From: Opitutia bacterium KCR 482 | Lineage (GTDB): Bacteria > Verrucomicrobiota > Verrucomicrobiia > Opitutales > Intestinicryptomonadaceae | Reading direction: 5' to 3' | Length of the DNA: 32,000 nucleotides | NCBI GenBank assembly: GCA_029269845.2 | Contig: CP149973.1 | Location: 630,001 to 662,000 of the forward strand | Part shown: in pieces, positions 17,264 to 25,077 of the stretch | How positions within the stretch are numbered: the stretch's first letter is position 1 | Layout of the letters: each line of letters begins with the position of its first letter | The notes under the pieces: model-generated | Seen by the model: the letters and a program-made list of their open reading frames with translations, nothing else | Told to the model about the DNA's origin: nothing | Database searches by the model: none | Made by a program: the position numbers and the translations under genes

Positions 17264-18268
17264 CTATCTGCGTCTGCGGTATACAACCAACGCCAACGCA
17301 AATGCGCCGAAGATTGCCGCCCATGTTGCGGGTTCGGGAATCACCTGCGTGCTCGAAACATAGTAGTATGTGTTGCCGTCCGCAAGCGTTGCCTTGCCAA
17401 AGAAAAGACCGCTATCGTTTCCGAGCTTGTTGCGGTCGGTATCGACAATCGTCAGTTTTTGGTCGTTTCCGGCCTGATTTACCGTAATCGTACCGTCCTT
17501 AAAGCCGTCGGATGTCACGATGGATTCGAGGAAATAGATTCCTCCGTCGAGACCTCCGTTGAGGACAATTTCCAAGTCGTTCGCCCATTCGGCAAAAGCG
17601 CCGCCAGTTTCCGTTACGAACAATCTTGCGCCGTTTGTGATGCCGAACTGAATGTGCTTGTTCGCATTGTAGGAATTTCCCGAACGGAAGTCGAAACAGA
17701 AAGTCTGGTCGGCGCTCATATTCAGTTGAAGTGCGCTCCTCGCATACAAAAACAAACGAACGGGCGAAGAACTACCGTCGGCACGCTGAAAGGCGTTTTT
17801 CTTTTCGAGGTTGAGAATCAATGTACCGCGGTTCTGGGCAACAAGGGCGTTTGCGGATATAGTGCCCGCATATTCGCTTTGAACGTTCAAAATGAATTTG
17901 CTTTCATAGGAACCCGCAATTATGCCCTGATTGGCGTTCAAACTTGCAGTGGAACCGTCGAGAAAATTTATGGTGGACGTTCCGTTCGCATTCAAACTGT
18001 AATTCCCGTTAGATCCGAACTTGGCCGCGCCTGTCATGGTATATGTGCCGCTGTCGGTTATATCGAAGTTAAGCTCGATATTGTCGAGAACCGCATTCGC
18101 CACGGTTTTTGTGCTGATGTTTGCAAGATTGCCGGAACTTACGCCGTCGGTTGCCGAAATGGTCAACCCGCCCTTGCCGTTGTCGGCCTCCGTAAAATAG
18201 AAGTCCTGCGCAAACGCAGTACCCGCGATTGCACAAGCCCACACATTCATTAATATTATTCTTCTCAT
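17264..18268 (-). CDS. PEP-CTERM sorting-domain protein with a beta-helix-like, Gly/Asn/Thr-rich passenger
   Basis: 334-aa ORF with an AAGGAG RBS and signal peptide MRRIILMNVWACAIAGTAFA. The C-terminus VIPEPATWAAIFGAFALALVVYRRRR is the PEP motif, a TM helix and an Arg cluster. Confidence 0.85.
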   Translation of the reverse strand: MRRIILMNVWACAIAGTAFAQDFYFTEADNGKGGLTISATDGVSSGNLANISTKTVANAVLDNIELNFDITDSGTYTMTGAAKFGSNGNYSLNANGTSTINFLDGSTASLNANQGIIAGSYESKFILNVQSEYAGTISANALVAQNRGTLILNLEKKNAFQRADGSSSPVRLFLYARSALQLNMSADQTFCFDFRSGNSYNANKHIQFGITNGARLFVTETGGAFAEWANDLEIVLNGGLDGGIYFLESIVTSDGFKDGTITVNQAGNDQKLTIVDTDRNKLGNDSGLFFGKATLADGNTYYYVSSTQVIPEPATWAAIFGAFALALVVYRRRR

Positions 18269-18328
18269 ATATACTCCTTAGTTTTTTGGATTTTAGCTTA
18301 TTGGTTTTATATAGGGTATTTTTTATAC

Positions 18329-18343
18329 AGTATTACCAATACT
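18329..18343. promoter_or_regulatory. Palindrome A: AGTATT-ACC-AATACT, overlapping the putative PEP-CTERM gene promoter
   Basis: Read directly from the sequence. It lies in the 17-nt spacer between TGGGCA (18350-18345, minus) and TATAAA (18327-18322, minus), about 50 nt upstream of the ATG at 18268. It is the exact reverse complement of palindrome B. Confidence 0.5.
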
Positions 18344-18478
18344 ATGCCCATCTGTGGGTTGTATGTATTTGGAATATAGCGCAATATAAAGCACACCAAT
18401 AATGAGGAGTTGTGGGCAGAATTGGGTTTGTCTTGGAACGCAATGAAAAACAAAAAGTTAAAAATATATGTTGACAAC

Positions 18479-18493
18479 AGTATTGGTAATACT
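18479..18493. promoter_or_regulatory. Palindrome B: AGTATT-GGT-AATACT, next to a consensus TTGACA (18471-18476)
   Basis: Read directly from the sequence. It is 150 bp from palindrome A and matches its reverse complement 15/15. The flanks ACAGTATT...AATACTATG are also shared in direct orientation. Confidence 0.5.
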
Positions 18494-18506
18494 ATGGCAC
18501 ACGTCT

Positions 18507-18923
18507 CTACAGTATTTCCTTCGCCCATTCTACTACTCTAATCCGCCACGGGGTGTGGAGGGATTCTATGCGTTGCCAGTAGATTTGGGCGATGGTGTCT
18601 TGGATTTCGGGGCATTCGGCTTTCACGGCTTGTTCGTAGTCCATATAGCCTTGTAGGGTTGTGGCTTGGGCGAGCAGGCATTGAAGTTCAAAATGCTTTT
18701 CTTTTGAGACGCAGATAGTAGGCGTGCCCTTCTTCGGAAAAAGCGATTTGTCCAAGATATGGTGGTTGTCGCCTTTGCCGTCGGCGGACTTTCCGCAATA
18801 CCTTTTGCGCGTCAAAAGTTCAATCGGCACTTTCGTGTACTTGGAGGCTTGCTTGACAAAGTCGGGATACGGGTTGTTCGGGTTGTGTGTGTCTTTGTGA
18901 GCGTGAAAAAGTTTTTCGTTCAT
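18507..18923 (-). CDS. Hypothetical protein (138 aa); no family recognised
   Basis: ATG start with an AAGGAA RBS, in a lower-GC region. It has a His-rich N-terminus (HAHKDTH). The segment GDNHHILDKSLFPKKGTPTICVSKEKHFEL loosely recalls His-Me-finger nucleases, but this is weak. Confidence 0.55.
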   Translation of the reverse strand: MNEKLFHAHKDTHNPNNPYPDFVKQASKYTKVPIELLTRKRYCGKSADGKGDNHHILDKSLFPKKGTPTICVSKEKHFELQCLLAQATTLQGYMDYEQAVKAECPEIQDTIAQIYWQRIESLHTPWRIRVVEWAKEIL

Positions 18924-19048
18924 CTTAGTTCCTTTCGTATGCGAGTTGTTTGTTGGCGAGCAGTCTTGCCGTGTGGAGAATCGGCAAGTTGCAATGTTCG
19001 TAAGCTACTACAAAACTTTGCTTTGCCGATTCGCGTTTATATCTGATT

Positions 19049-19078
19049 TTGACATTGCGAAGATATCGCGAAAATGAT
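19049..19078 (+). promoter_or_regulatory. Candidate sigma70-type promoter TTGACA-N18-AATGAT for the 19111 gene pair
   Basis: Read directly from the sequence. GAGAGGA (19094-19100) follows as a possible RBS for the ATG at 19111. Confidence 0.35.
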
Positions 19079-19110
19079 TTTGAATGATGAGAAATGAGAG
19101 GATTTTAACG

Positions 19111-19425
19111 ATGAAAAAACTCGATATACTACTTGAAAAATACAAACAACGTTTCGGCGAACCGTGCATTCCCAATAAACTCGACTTGTACGGGAAAAAG
19201 AACCGCGTAAAAATGCTCGAACGCATACTCGAACGCGGTATCAAATTGGAAGCTTCTCCGGATGAATGGATGAACTACTATGAATCCTACTTCAAAAAGG
19301 AATGTCCCGTCCCCTGCCAACCGTTTTCGTTGGACGATATTCCCGTCGCCGACATCAAAAAGGCTTTGATGGAAAACAAACCGCTTCCCGAAATCGATTG
19401 GGACTACGAGCACAAAATCTACTAA
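19111..19425 (+). CDS. Hypothetical protein (104 aa from the ATG at 19111; the track ORF starts at 19084)
   Basis: The sequence MKKLDILLEKYKQRFGEPCIPNKLDLYGKKNRVKMLERILERG... matches no family I recognise. Its stop, TAA, is separated by 1 nt from the next ATG, which suggests translational coupling. Confidence 0.5.
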   Translation: MKKLDILLEKYKQRFGEPCIPNKLDLYGKKNRVKMLERILERGIKLEASPDEWMNYYESYFKKECPVPCQPFSLDDIPVADIKKALMENKPLPEIDWDYEHKIY

Positions 19426-19426
19426 T

Positions 19427-19831
19427 ATGGCCGAAAGCATAATCAAAACGCAGGTTCTCGACGACGTTTCGCCCGAAGTCCGCAAGCTTATGGATAGCCT
19501 TTCGCCGGAGGGCAGGCGTAAGCTTTTGCGCAGGCTAGCCCACCTGCTTGTCGAAGACGCCAAGCGGAACTTCGACGACCCCGCGAACCGCCCCGAACCG
19601 TGGGCGGACAAAAAGGTCTACAAGCGCGGCAGGGGCTTGTTTAGCGTGCCGTCCAATTTGAAAGATACGGGTTCGCTGCTCAAAAGCATCAAGCTAAAAT
19701 ACCTCGATTCGGACTCCGCCGAAATTTCAGCAAGCCCCGACTACACCGACCCCAAAGGCGTAAGGCACGCGGGCGCAAGACAAATGCGGTACGGGGCACA
19801 TCGAAATGCGCGGCTTGCCGATTATTGTTGA
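19427..19831 (+). CDS. Phage virion-morphogenesis/tail-completion-like protein (Mu gpG / HK97 gp10-type), probably a truncated remnant
   Basis: 134 aa. The stretch RNFDDPANRPEPWADKK...SNLKDTGSLLKSIKLKYLDSDSAEISASPDY follows the remembered pattern of these families (W-x-P-L-type block, then T-G-x-L-x-x-S-I, then a beta segment ending in Y). The expected downstream HQxGG-type block is not intact. Confidence 0.4.
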   Translation: MAESIIKTQVLDDVSPEVRKLMDSLSPEGRRKLLRRLAHLLVEDAKRNFDDPANRPEPWADKKVYKRGRGLFSVPSNLKDTGSLLKSIKLKYLDSDSAEISASPDYTDPKGVRHAGARQMRYGAHRNARLADYC

Positions 19832-19876
19832 CGGGGCGCGGGGCGCGTCTATTGTCGAAAAGGAATAATCTACAAA

Positions 19877-21253
19877 ATGCTACCGACAAAAGATTTTGAA
19901 AAAATAGTCGGCTCGGAAAACGTCTTTACCGAACTCGCCGACAGACAAACCTACGCCTACGACTCCGCCGTGCTCGACCCGACCACGCCCGCGCTCGTCG
20001 TAAGCCCCGAAACTACCGATCAGCTCGGCGAAGTCGTCGCCCTCTGCTACAAGCACGGGCTTCCCATGACAGTCCGCGGTTCGGGCACGAACCTTTCGGG
20101 CGGCACTGTGCCCGACAAAACAGACTCGGTGGTAATCCTCACGCAAAAGCTCAACCGCATTGTCGAAATCAACACTGCCGACCTCTACGCAATCGTCGAA
20201 CCGGGGGTAATAACGGCGCAGTTCGCGTCGGCAGTCGCGGCGAAGAACCTCTTTTATCCGCCGGATCCCGGCTCACAGGCGGTCTCGACAATCGGCGGGA
20301 ACATCGCCGAAAACGCGGGCGGTTTGCGCGGGCTGAAATACGGGGTCACGAAAGACTACGTCATGGGGCTTGAATTTTTCGACAGCAAAGGCGGGCTTGT
20401 CAAGACGGGTTCGCGCACGGTCAAATGCGTTACGGGCTTCAACCTCGCGGGGCTGATGGTTGCCTCCGAGGGCACTCTGGGTGTGATTTCGCGGGCGATT
20501 CTAAAACTCGTGCCTCCGCCGAAGGCTTCGAAGGCAATGATGGCGGTTTTCGACGACGTCCAGAAAGCCGCCGACGCGGTCGCCGACATCATCGCCGCGC
20601 ACATTCTGCCCTGCACGCTCGAATTCATGGACAAGGCGACAATCAATTTGGTCGAGGACGACGTGAAAATCGGGCTTCCGCGCGACGCCGAGGCGATTCT
20701 GCTAATCGAGGTTGACGGCCACCCCGCGCAGGTCGAAGACGACGCGCTCACGGTCGAGGACAGATTGAAGAAAAACGGCGCGACGTCCATTTCGGTGGCG
20801 CGCGACGCCGCCGAGAAAAACGAAATTTGGGAGGCCCGCCGCAAGGCGCTACCCGCGCTCGCGCGGAAACGCCCGACAATCGTTCTGGAAGACGCAACCG
20901 TTCCGCGCTCGAAAATCCCCGCGATGATTGCCACAATCAACGACATCGCCAAGAAGTACGACCTGCTTGTAGGCACATTCGGGCACGCGGGCGACGGCAA
21001 CCTGCACCCGTCGATTCTCTGCGACAGGCGCGACAAGCAGGAATTCGCGCGGGTGGAACGCGCAATCGACGAACTCTTCAACCGCACAATCGAAATGGGC
21101 GGCACGCTTTCGGGCGAGCACGGAATCGGGACGGCGAAGGCGAAGTGGCTCGAAAAGGAGACGTCGCCGGCGACAATCGAATTCTCTCGCGCAATGCGCC
21201 GCGCGATAGACCCCAAAAGACTTTTCAACCCGTCGAAAATGACGGCTATATAA
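19877..21253 (+). CDS. glcD: FAD-linked oxidase, GlcD-like (glycolate oxidase / D-lactate dehydrogenase subunit)
   Basis: 458 aa with an FAD-binding PCMH-type N-domain (VVSPETTDQLGEVVALCYKHGLPMTVRGSGTNLSGG) and the C-terminal block GHAGDGNLHP...GGTLSGEHGIGTAKAKWL. Confidence 0.85.
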   Translation: MLPTKDFEKIVGSENVFTELADRQTYAYDSAVLDPTTPALVVSPETTDQLGEVVALCYKHGLPMTVRGSGTNLSGGTVPDKTDSVVILTQKLNRIVEINTADLYAIVEPGVITAQFASAVAAKNLFYPPDPGSQAVSTIGGNIAENAGGLRGLKYGVTKDYVMGLEFFDSKGGLVKTGSRTVKCVTGFNLAGLMVASEGTLGVISRAILKLVPPPKASKAMMAVFDDVQKAADAVADIIAAHILPCTLEFMDKATINLVEDDVKIGLPRDAEAILLIEVDGHPAQVEDDALTVEDRLKKNGATSISVARDAAEKNEIWEARRKALPALARKRPTIVLEDATVPRSKIPAMIATINDIAKKYDLLVGTFGHAGDGNLHPSILCDRRDKQEFARVERAIDELFNRTIEMGGTLSGEHGIGTAKAKWLEKETSPATIEFSRAMRRAIDPKRLFNPSKMTAI

Positions 21254-21254
21254 G

Positions 21255-22541
21255 ATGGACAACCTGAAACAACTTGCGGACGAATTGTCGTCGCTCGACG
21301 ACAAGCTCGTCAAGTGCATGCGCTGCGGGACATGCCAGTCGGTCTGCCCCGTGTTCGCCGAAACCAAAAGGGAGTCCGACGTAACGCGCGGGAAGCTCGC
21401 GCTGCTTTCGAACCTCGCGACGGGGCTTATAGAAGACCCCAAGGCGGTGCGCGAACGCCTCGACCGCTGCCTGCTCTGCGGCTCGTGCCAAAGCGCGTGC
21501 CCGTCGGGAGTGTCGATTCTCGACATTTTCATGCGCGCCCGCGAAATCGCCGCGCAGTACATGGGGCTTAACCCGATTAAGAAAATCGCCTTTCGCGTAA
21601 TGCTTTGCAACCCGAAGCTGTTCGCGTTTTTGGTGAAGGTCGGGCGGCCGTTCCACCCGCTGTTTTTGCGCGACCAGAAGAACGCCCCGCACACGGCGTG
21701 CGCTCCGCTCATGAAGCCCGCAATCGGCGACAGGCGCATACCTATAATGCCCAAAACGTCGATTTCCGAAAAATACCCGAACTTGGACATTCCCGCGGGG
21801 AAGTCGGGGCTGAAAGTTCTGTTTTTCCCCGGCTGCATGGGCGACAAAGTCTACACGAACGTGAGCGAGGCTTGCCTGAAAATTTTCAGGCACTTCGGGG
21901 TGGGCGTGCGCATACCGCAAAACCTCGCCTGTTGCGGAATCCCCGCGCTGGCGTCGGGCGACGTTCCGAGCTTCAAAAAAATGCTCGAACACGACATCGA
22001 CATTTTCGAAAAATGCGAGTTCGACTACGTTGTAACCGCGTGCTCCTCGTGCACCGAAACAATCGGCGAACTCTGGGCGAAATACGCCGGCGGCGCGTAC
22101 GCCGAAAAGGCGGAGAAAATCGGCAAAAAGGCAATCGACATCAACGCGTTCCTAACCGACGTGCTGAAAGTCGATTTGACGCCGAAAGGCTCGCCCAAAG
22201 AAAGGCTGACCTACCACGATTCGTGCCACCTGAAAAAATCGCTCGGAATTTCCGAACAGCCCAGAAAGCTCCTGAGGGCGAACGCAAACTACGAATTTAC
22301 CGAAATGAGGGAAGCCGACAGGTGCTGCGGTTGCGGCGGAAGCTTCACGCTGACCCACTACGGGCTTTCGCGGAAAATCGGGCAGCGCAAGCGCGACAAC
22401 ATTGCCGCGAGCGGCGCGAAAACCGTTGCGTGCGGCTGCCCCGCGTGCATGATGCAGCTTTCGAACATGCTTGCGCTAAACAACGACGACATCAAGGTAA
22501 AGCACGTCGCGGAAATTTTCGCCGACACTCTCGACGACTGA
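21255..22541 (+). CDS. glcF: (Fe-S)-binding oxidoreductase subunit, GlcF-like, with two ferredoxin-type Cys clusters and two CCG domains
   Basis: 428 aa. Cluster motifs CMRCGTCQSVCP and CLLCGSCQSACP are present, with CCG motifs (LACCGIP, DRCCGCGG). Its start is 1 nt after the glcD-like stop. Confidence 0.8.
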   Translation: MDNLKQLADELSSLDDKLVKCMRCGTCQSVCPVFAETKRESDVTRGKLALLSNLATGLIEDPKAVRERLDRCLLCGSCQSACPSGVSILDIFMRAREIAAQYMGLNPIKKIAFRVMLCNPKLFAFLVKVGRPFHPLFLRDQKNAPHTACAPLMKPAIGDRRIPIMPKTSISEKYPNLDIPAGKSGLKVLFFPGCMGDKVYTNVSEACLKIFRHFGVGVRIPQNLACCGIPALASGDVPSFKKMLEHDIDIFEKCEFDYVVTACSSCTETIGELWAKYAGGAYAEKAEKIGKKAIDINAFLTDVLKVDLTPKGSPKERLTYHDSCHLKKSLGISEQPRKLLRANANYEFTEMREADRCCGCGGSFTLTHYGLSRKIGQRKRDNIAASGAKTVACGCPACMMQLSNMLALNNDDIKVKHVAEIFADTLDD

Positions 22542-22577
22542 TTCGGGCGGGCTTTGCGAAATTTCCCCAAGCGCGGT

Positions 22578-22611
22578 CGGGCGGGAAAGCCCCGCCGCGT
22601 TTTTGTTTTTT
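22578..22611 (+). terminator. Rho-independent terminator after the glcD/glcF-like pair
   Basis: GC stem GGCGGG-aaagc-CCCGCC followed by GCGTTTTTGTTTTTT, 37 nt after the stop. Confidence 0.65.
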
Positions 22612-22774
22612 AGCGCAAAGTTATTTCTTGCGTTTGCCGAAGCGTTTGGCAATTCTTGCCGCAAACAAAGTCAACGCACACGCCGCCGCCACAAACAGCG
22701 ACGCAAAACTGCAAAATATACAAGCGAACATAGATATATTTATAACAAACCCGTCAATAGCTTCGGCAAAAAAA

Positions 22775-23320
22775 ATGAAAAATTTCGCAAAAATCCTCCT
22801 CGCTTCAGCCGCCGCAATGCTCGCGCCCGCGCTGTCGGCGGCGGGCTTCGACTACTCCGCCCTGCTCTCGCCCGAAAATTTCGAAAACGTCGATACCGTC
22901 TGCCGCAACGCGTCGGGCGCGGAGATTTTCGGAATAAAATTCGAGAAGCTCTCGCTTGTTTTCGGCAAAAGTGCGTTCAAGGTTTCCGTGCCGCAAAAGG
23001 TCGTTATAAAAAACCTCGAACTTACGGTGTTCGCAAAAAATCTGACCCAAGCCGAGCTTGAAAAAACCGAATACCAAAGGCCGCTCGACTTCGAAATAAA
23101 CGGGCTTGCGCTCACAATCTACGGAAAGCGGAACGTCATGACGCTCAGAGCCTCGAACGCGCGGCTTTACAGGGAAAACATAATCTACCTCTCGCAGGAC
23201 GCCCTGCTTGAAGTCGGCGGAAAATCCGCAAAGTTGGGGAGCGGCGCAAGCGTGGAGCTGAAAGGCAGAATGCTGATTATACGCAGCCGCGCGGCGGGCA
23301 ACCTCGGCGTAAAAATTTAG
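22775..23320 (+). CDS. Small secreted hypothetical protein (181 aa)
   Basis: Only the last third of track ORF 21605-23320 is plausible. The ATG at 22775 gives signal peptide MKNFAKILLASAAAMLAPALSAAG, followed by a beta-rich body. A loose LptC/OstA-like feel is not supportable from the sequence alone. Confidence 0.6.
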   Translation: MKNFAKILLASAAAMLAPALSAAGFDYSALLSPENFENVDTVCRNASGAEIFGIKFEKLSLVFGKSAFKVSVPQKVVIKNLELTVFAKNLTQAELEKTEYQRPLDFEINGLALTIYGKRNVMTLRASNARLYRENIIYLSQDALLEVGGKSAKLGSGASVELKGRMLIIRSRAAGNLGVKI

Positions 23321-23590
23321 CGGCGCACTTCGAACAATTCGCCGACTGCGCAAACGCCGTTCCGCGCGGAAACCCCGAATCCGCCGACGGCGGCGATTGC
23401 AATCGCGCCCCGAGAGCAAAAACAACGCCTCCCGCAAATTCGGCTTTGCGCCGACTTCCCGCGCCGCGCGTCGATGTGCGCGAGGCAAAAATATCCGGCG
23501 CAACGAATGAGAGAATCCGAGCCGCGAACGGCGCGAATGTTCGGGTTGCGAGCCGCGGCGAATCGGCGGCGCGTCGGTTTTCAATGGTGC

Positions 23591-23631
23591 AAAAAAAGCG
23601 GCGGGAAAAATTCCGCCGCTTTCGCGATTTT
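23591..23631 (-). terminator. Rho-independent terminator of the Gfo/Idh/MocA gene, possibly bidirectional
   Basis: 8-bp perfect stem AGCGGCGG-gaaaaatt-CCGCCGCT. On the minus strand TTTTTTTGC follows immediately. On the plus strand a delayed T-run (TTCGCGATTTTT) follows. Confidence 0.7.
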
Positions 23632-23636
23632 TCGAC

Positions 23637-25037
23637 TTAGCCGAAAATGCCGCCGAACGACTTGGACTCCCAGCCCGCGCGTTCGGGTTCTTTCAGGTAC
23701 TGGTCGAGTTCGGGGCGGTTCTTGGCGCGCATGTTCTCGGCGTCCCATTCGATTTTTCCGCCGACGCGCTGCGCCAACGCGCCCAGAAGCGCGACTTCCG
23801 TAAGCTGCGAGGCGTACGCGAAGTTCGAGCCGCATTCGTCGATTTCGCCCCTGATTGCGTCGCACCATTCGAGGTAGAGGTCGCCCTTGCGGACTCTGGG
23901 AATGGTCTTCGGCGGGCGGTTTCTTCTGAATTCCGCGAAGAACGCGTCGTTGGACACGCGCGGGTCGAAGTTCGGGCGCGAACCCGTGTGGATTGTGCGC
24001 TTGTCGCCAATCATGTACATGCCCGATCGCAGTAGCGGACGGTCTTTTTCGAAGTCGTGCGGGCGCGTGATGGGTTCGCGCGCGCCGTCGTACCAGTACA
24101 TCACAAGCTCGGGGTGTTTGTCTGTTGCGGCGAACGTCCACTTGACCGTCGAGCCGTTCGGGATAAACACTTTCCGGTCGAACGTGCAGTCGGCGTCGAT
24201 GAGTTCGACGGACACGGGGTCTTTGAGGTCGAGAATCCAGACGGGAGCGTCGGCCGTGTGGCAGAACCAGTCGCCGAGCATGCCCGTGCCGTAGTCCCAG
24301 AAGCCGCGCCAGCTGAGGGGAGCGTAGATGCGGTTGTAGTCGGTATATTTGCCCTGGTTAATCCACAAGTCCCAGTTCAGCTCCGACGGAACGGGCTGTT
24401 TCGCCATCGGCAGGCTCTTGGGGCGGACAAAATACGGAGTGCGCTTGGGGTCGCCGTCCCACCATTTCGGGCCGCTGCACATAACGTGGACTTCGCGGAC
24501 GTCTCCCGTAACGCCGCTGTCGTACCATTCTTTGAGCATTCTGATTTGCTCGGTGGCGTGCCCCTGGTTCATCATCTGCGTTTTTACGCCGTAGTATTTG
24601 CGGGCGCGTTCAAGCTCGCGGCACTGCCAAACGTTGTGGGTGAGCGGTTTCTGAACGCAGACGTGCTTGCCGCACTGCATTGAGTCGAGCGTGATTTTGA
24701 AGTGCGAGTGGTCGGGCGTCGAGACGCAAACCGCGTCGATTTCCTTTCCGAGCTTGTCGAGCATTTCGCGGTAGTCCTGAAAAATCTTCGCCTTGGGGTA
24801 CTGTTTCAGACCCTTGCGAGCCATCGACAAATCGACGTCGCAGAGCGCCACGCCGTTTTCGTTTATCATGCCGTTGCGCGCCATCGAGCCGATATTGCCC
24901 ACGCCCACAAACGCCACGTTGATTTTTTCGTTCGCGCTGATTTTCTTCGCTTTCGGCGCAGACGAGCACCCCGGGAAGAACATTGCCGCAGTTGCCGCTG
25001 TCGCCGCCTGTTTTATGAACTTTCTTCTGTCTACCAT
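23637..25037 (-). CDS. Gfo/Idh/MocA-family oxidoreductase with a twin-arginine (TAT) signal
   Basis: 466 aa. Signal MVDRRKFIKQAATAATAAMFFPG, Rossmann start INVAFVGVGNIG, and the family block VCVSTPDHSHFKITLDSMQCGKHVCVQKPL. Confidence 0.85.
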   Translation of the reverse strand: MVDRRKFIKQAATAATAAMFFPGCSSAPKAKKISANEKINVAFVGVGNIGSMARNGMINENGVALCDVDLSMARKGLKQYPKAKIFQDYREMLDKLGKEIDAVCVSTPDHSHFKITLDSMQCGKHVCVQKPLTHNVWQCRELERARKYYGVKTQMMNQGHATEQIRMLKEWYDSGVTGDVREVHVMCSGPKWWDGDPKRTPYFVRPKSLPMAKQPVPSELNWDLWINQGKYTDYNRIYAPLSWRGFWDYGTGMLGDWFCHTADAPVWILDLKDPVSVELIDADCTFDRKVFIPNGSTVKWTFAATDKHPELVMYWYDGAREPITRPHDFEKDRPLLRSGMYMIGDKRTIHTGSRPNFDPRVSNDAFFAEFRRNRPPKTIPRVRKGDLYLEWCDAIRGEIDECGSNFAYASQLTEVALLGALAQRVGGKIEWDAENMRAKNRPELDQYLKEPERAGWESKSFGGIFG

Positions 25038-25077
25038 GATATACAGTTTCCTTTTTTTGTGTGTAGTTGATGAAATT

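Noticed and set aside
17213-18253. 346-aa plus-strand ORF
   Set aside because: It lies antisense to the PEP-CTERM gene, which has an RBS, a signal peptide and a sorting motif. It is a shadow ORF.
18307-18528. 73-aa minus-strand ORF spanning both palindromes (they would encode IVLPIL and IVLVIL)
   Set aside because: It lies in an AT-rich spacer, where F/I/L/N/Y-rich ORFs arise by chance. It overlaps the upstream gene's end and has no convincing RBS. Perfect 15-bp palindromes are more typical of DNA-level sites. I keep it as an alternative explanation in the finding.
20356-21992. Three long minus-strand ORFs (20356-21228, 20849-21847, 21246-21992)
   Set aside because: They lie antisense to the glcD/glcF-like genes and are Ser/Arg-rich with no motifs. 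They are shadow ORFs.
21605-22774. The first ~390 aa of the 571-aa plus-strand ORF 21605-23320
   Set aside because: It overlaps the glcF-like gene out of frame and is extremely Arg-rich. Only the terminal 181 aa (22775-23320), which have a signal peptide, look real.
23321-23590. 270-bp GC-rich gap with several Arg-rich ORFs on both strands
   Set aside because: No frame has a credible start, signal or motif. It may be a decayed gene remnant or just a spacer before the terminator, and I cannot support any feature here.
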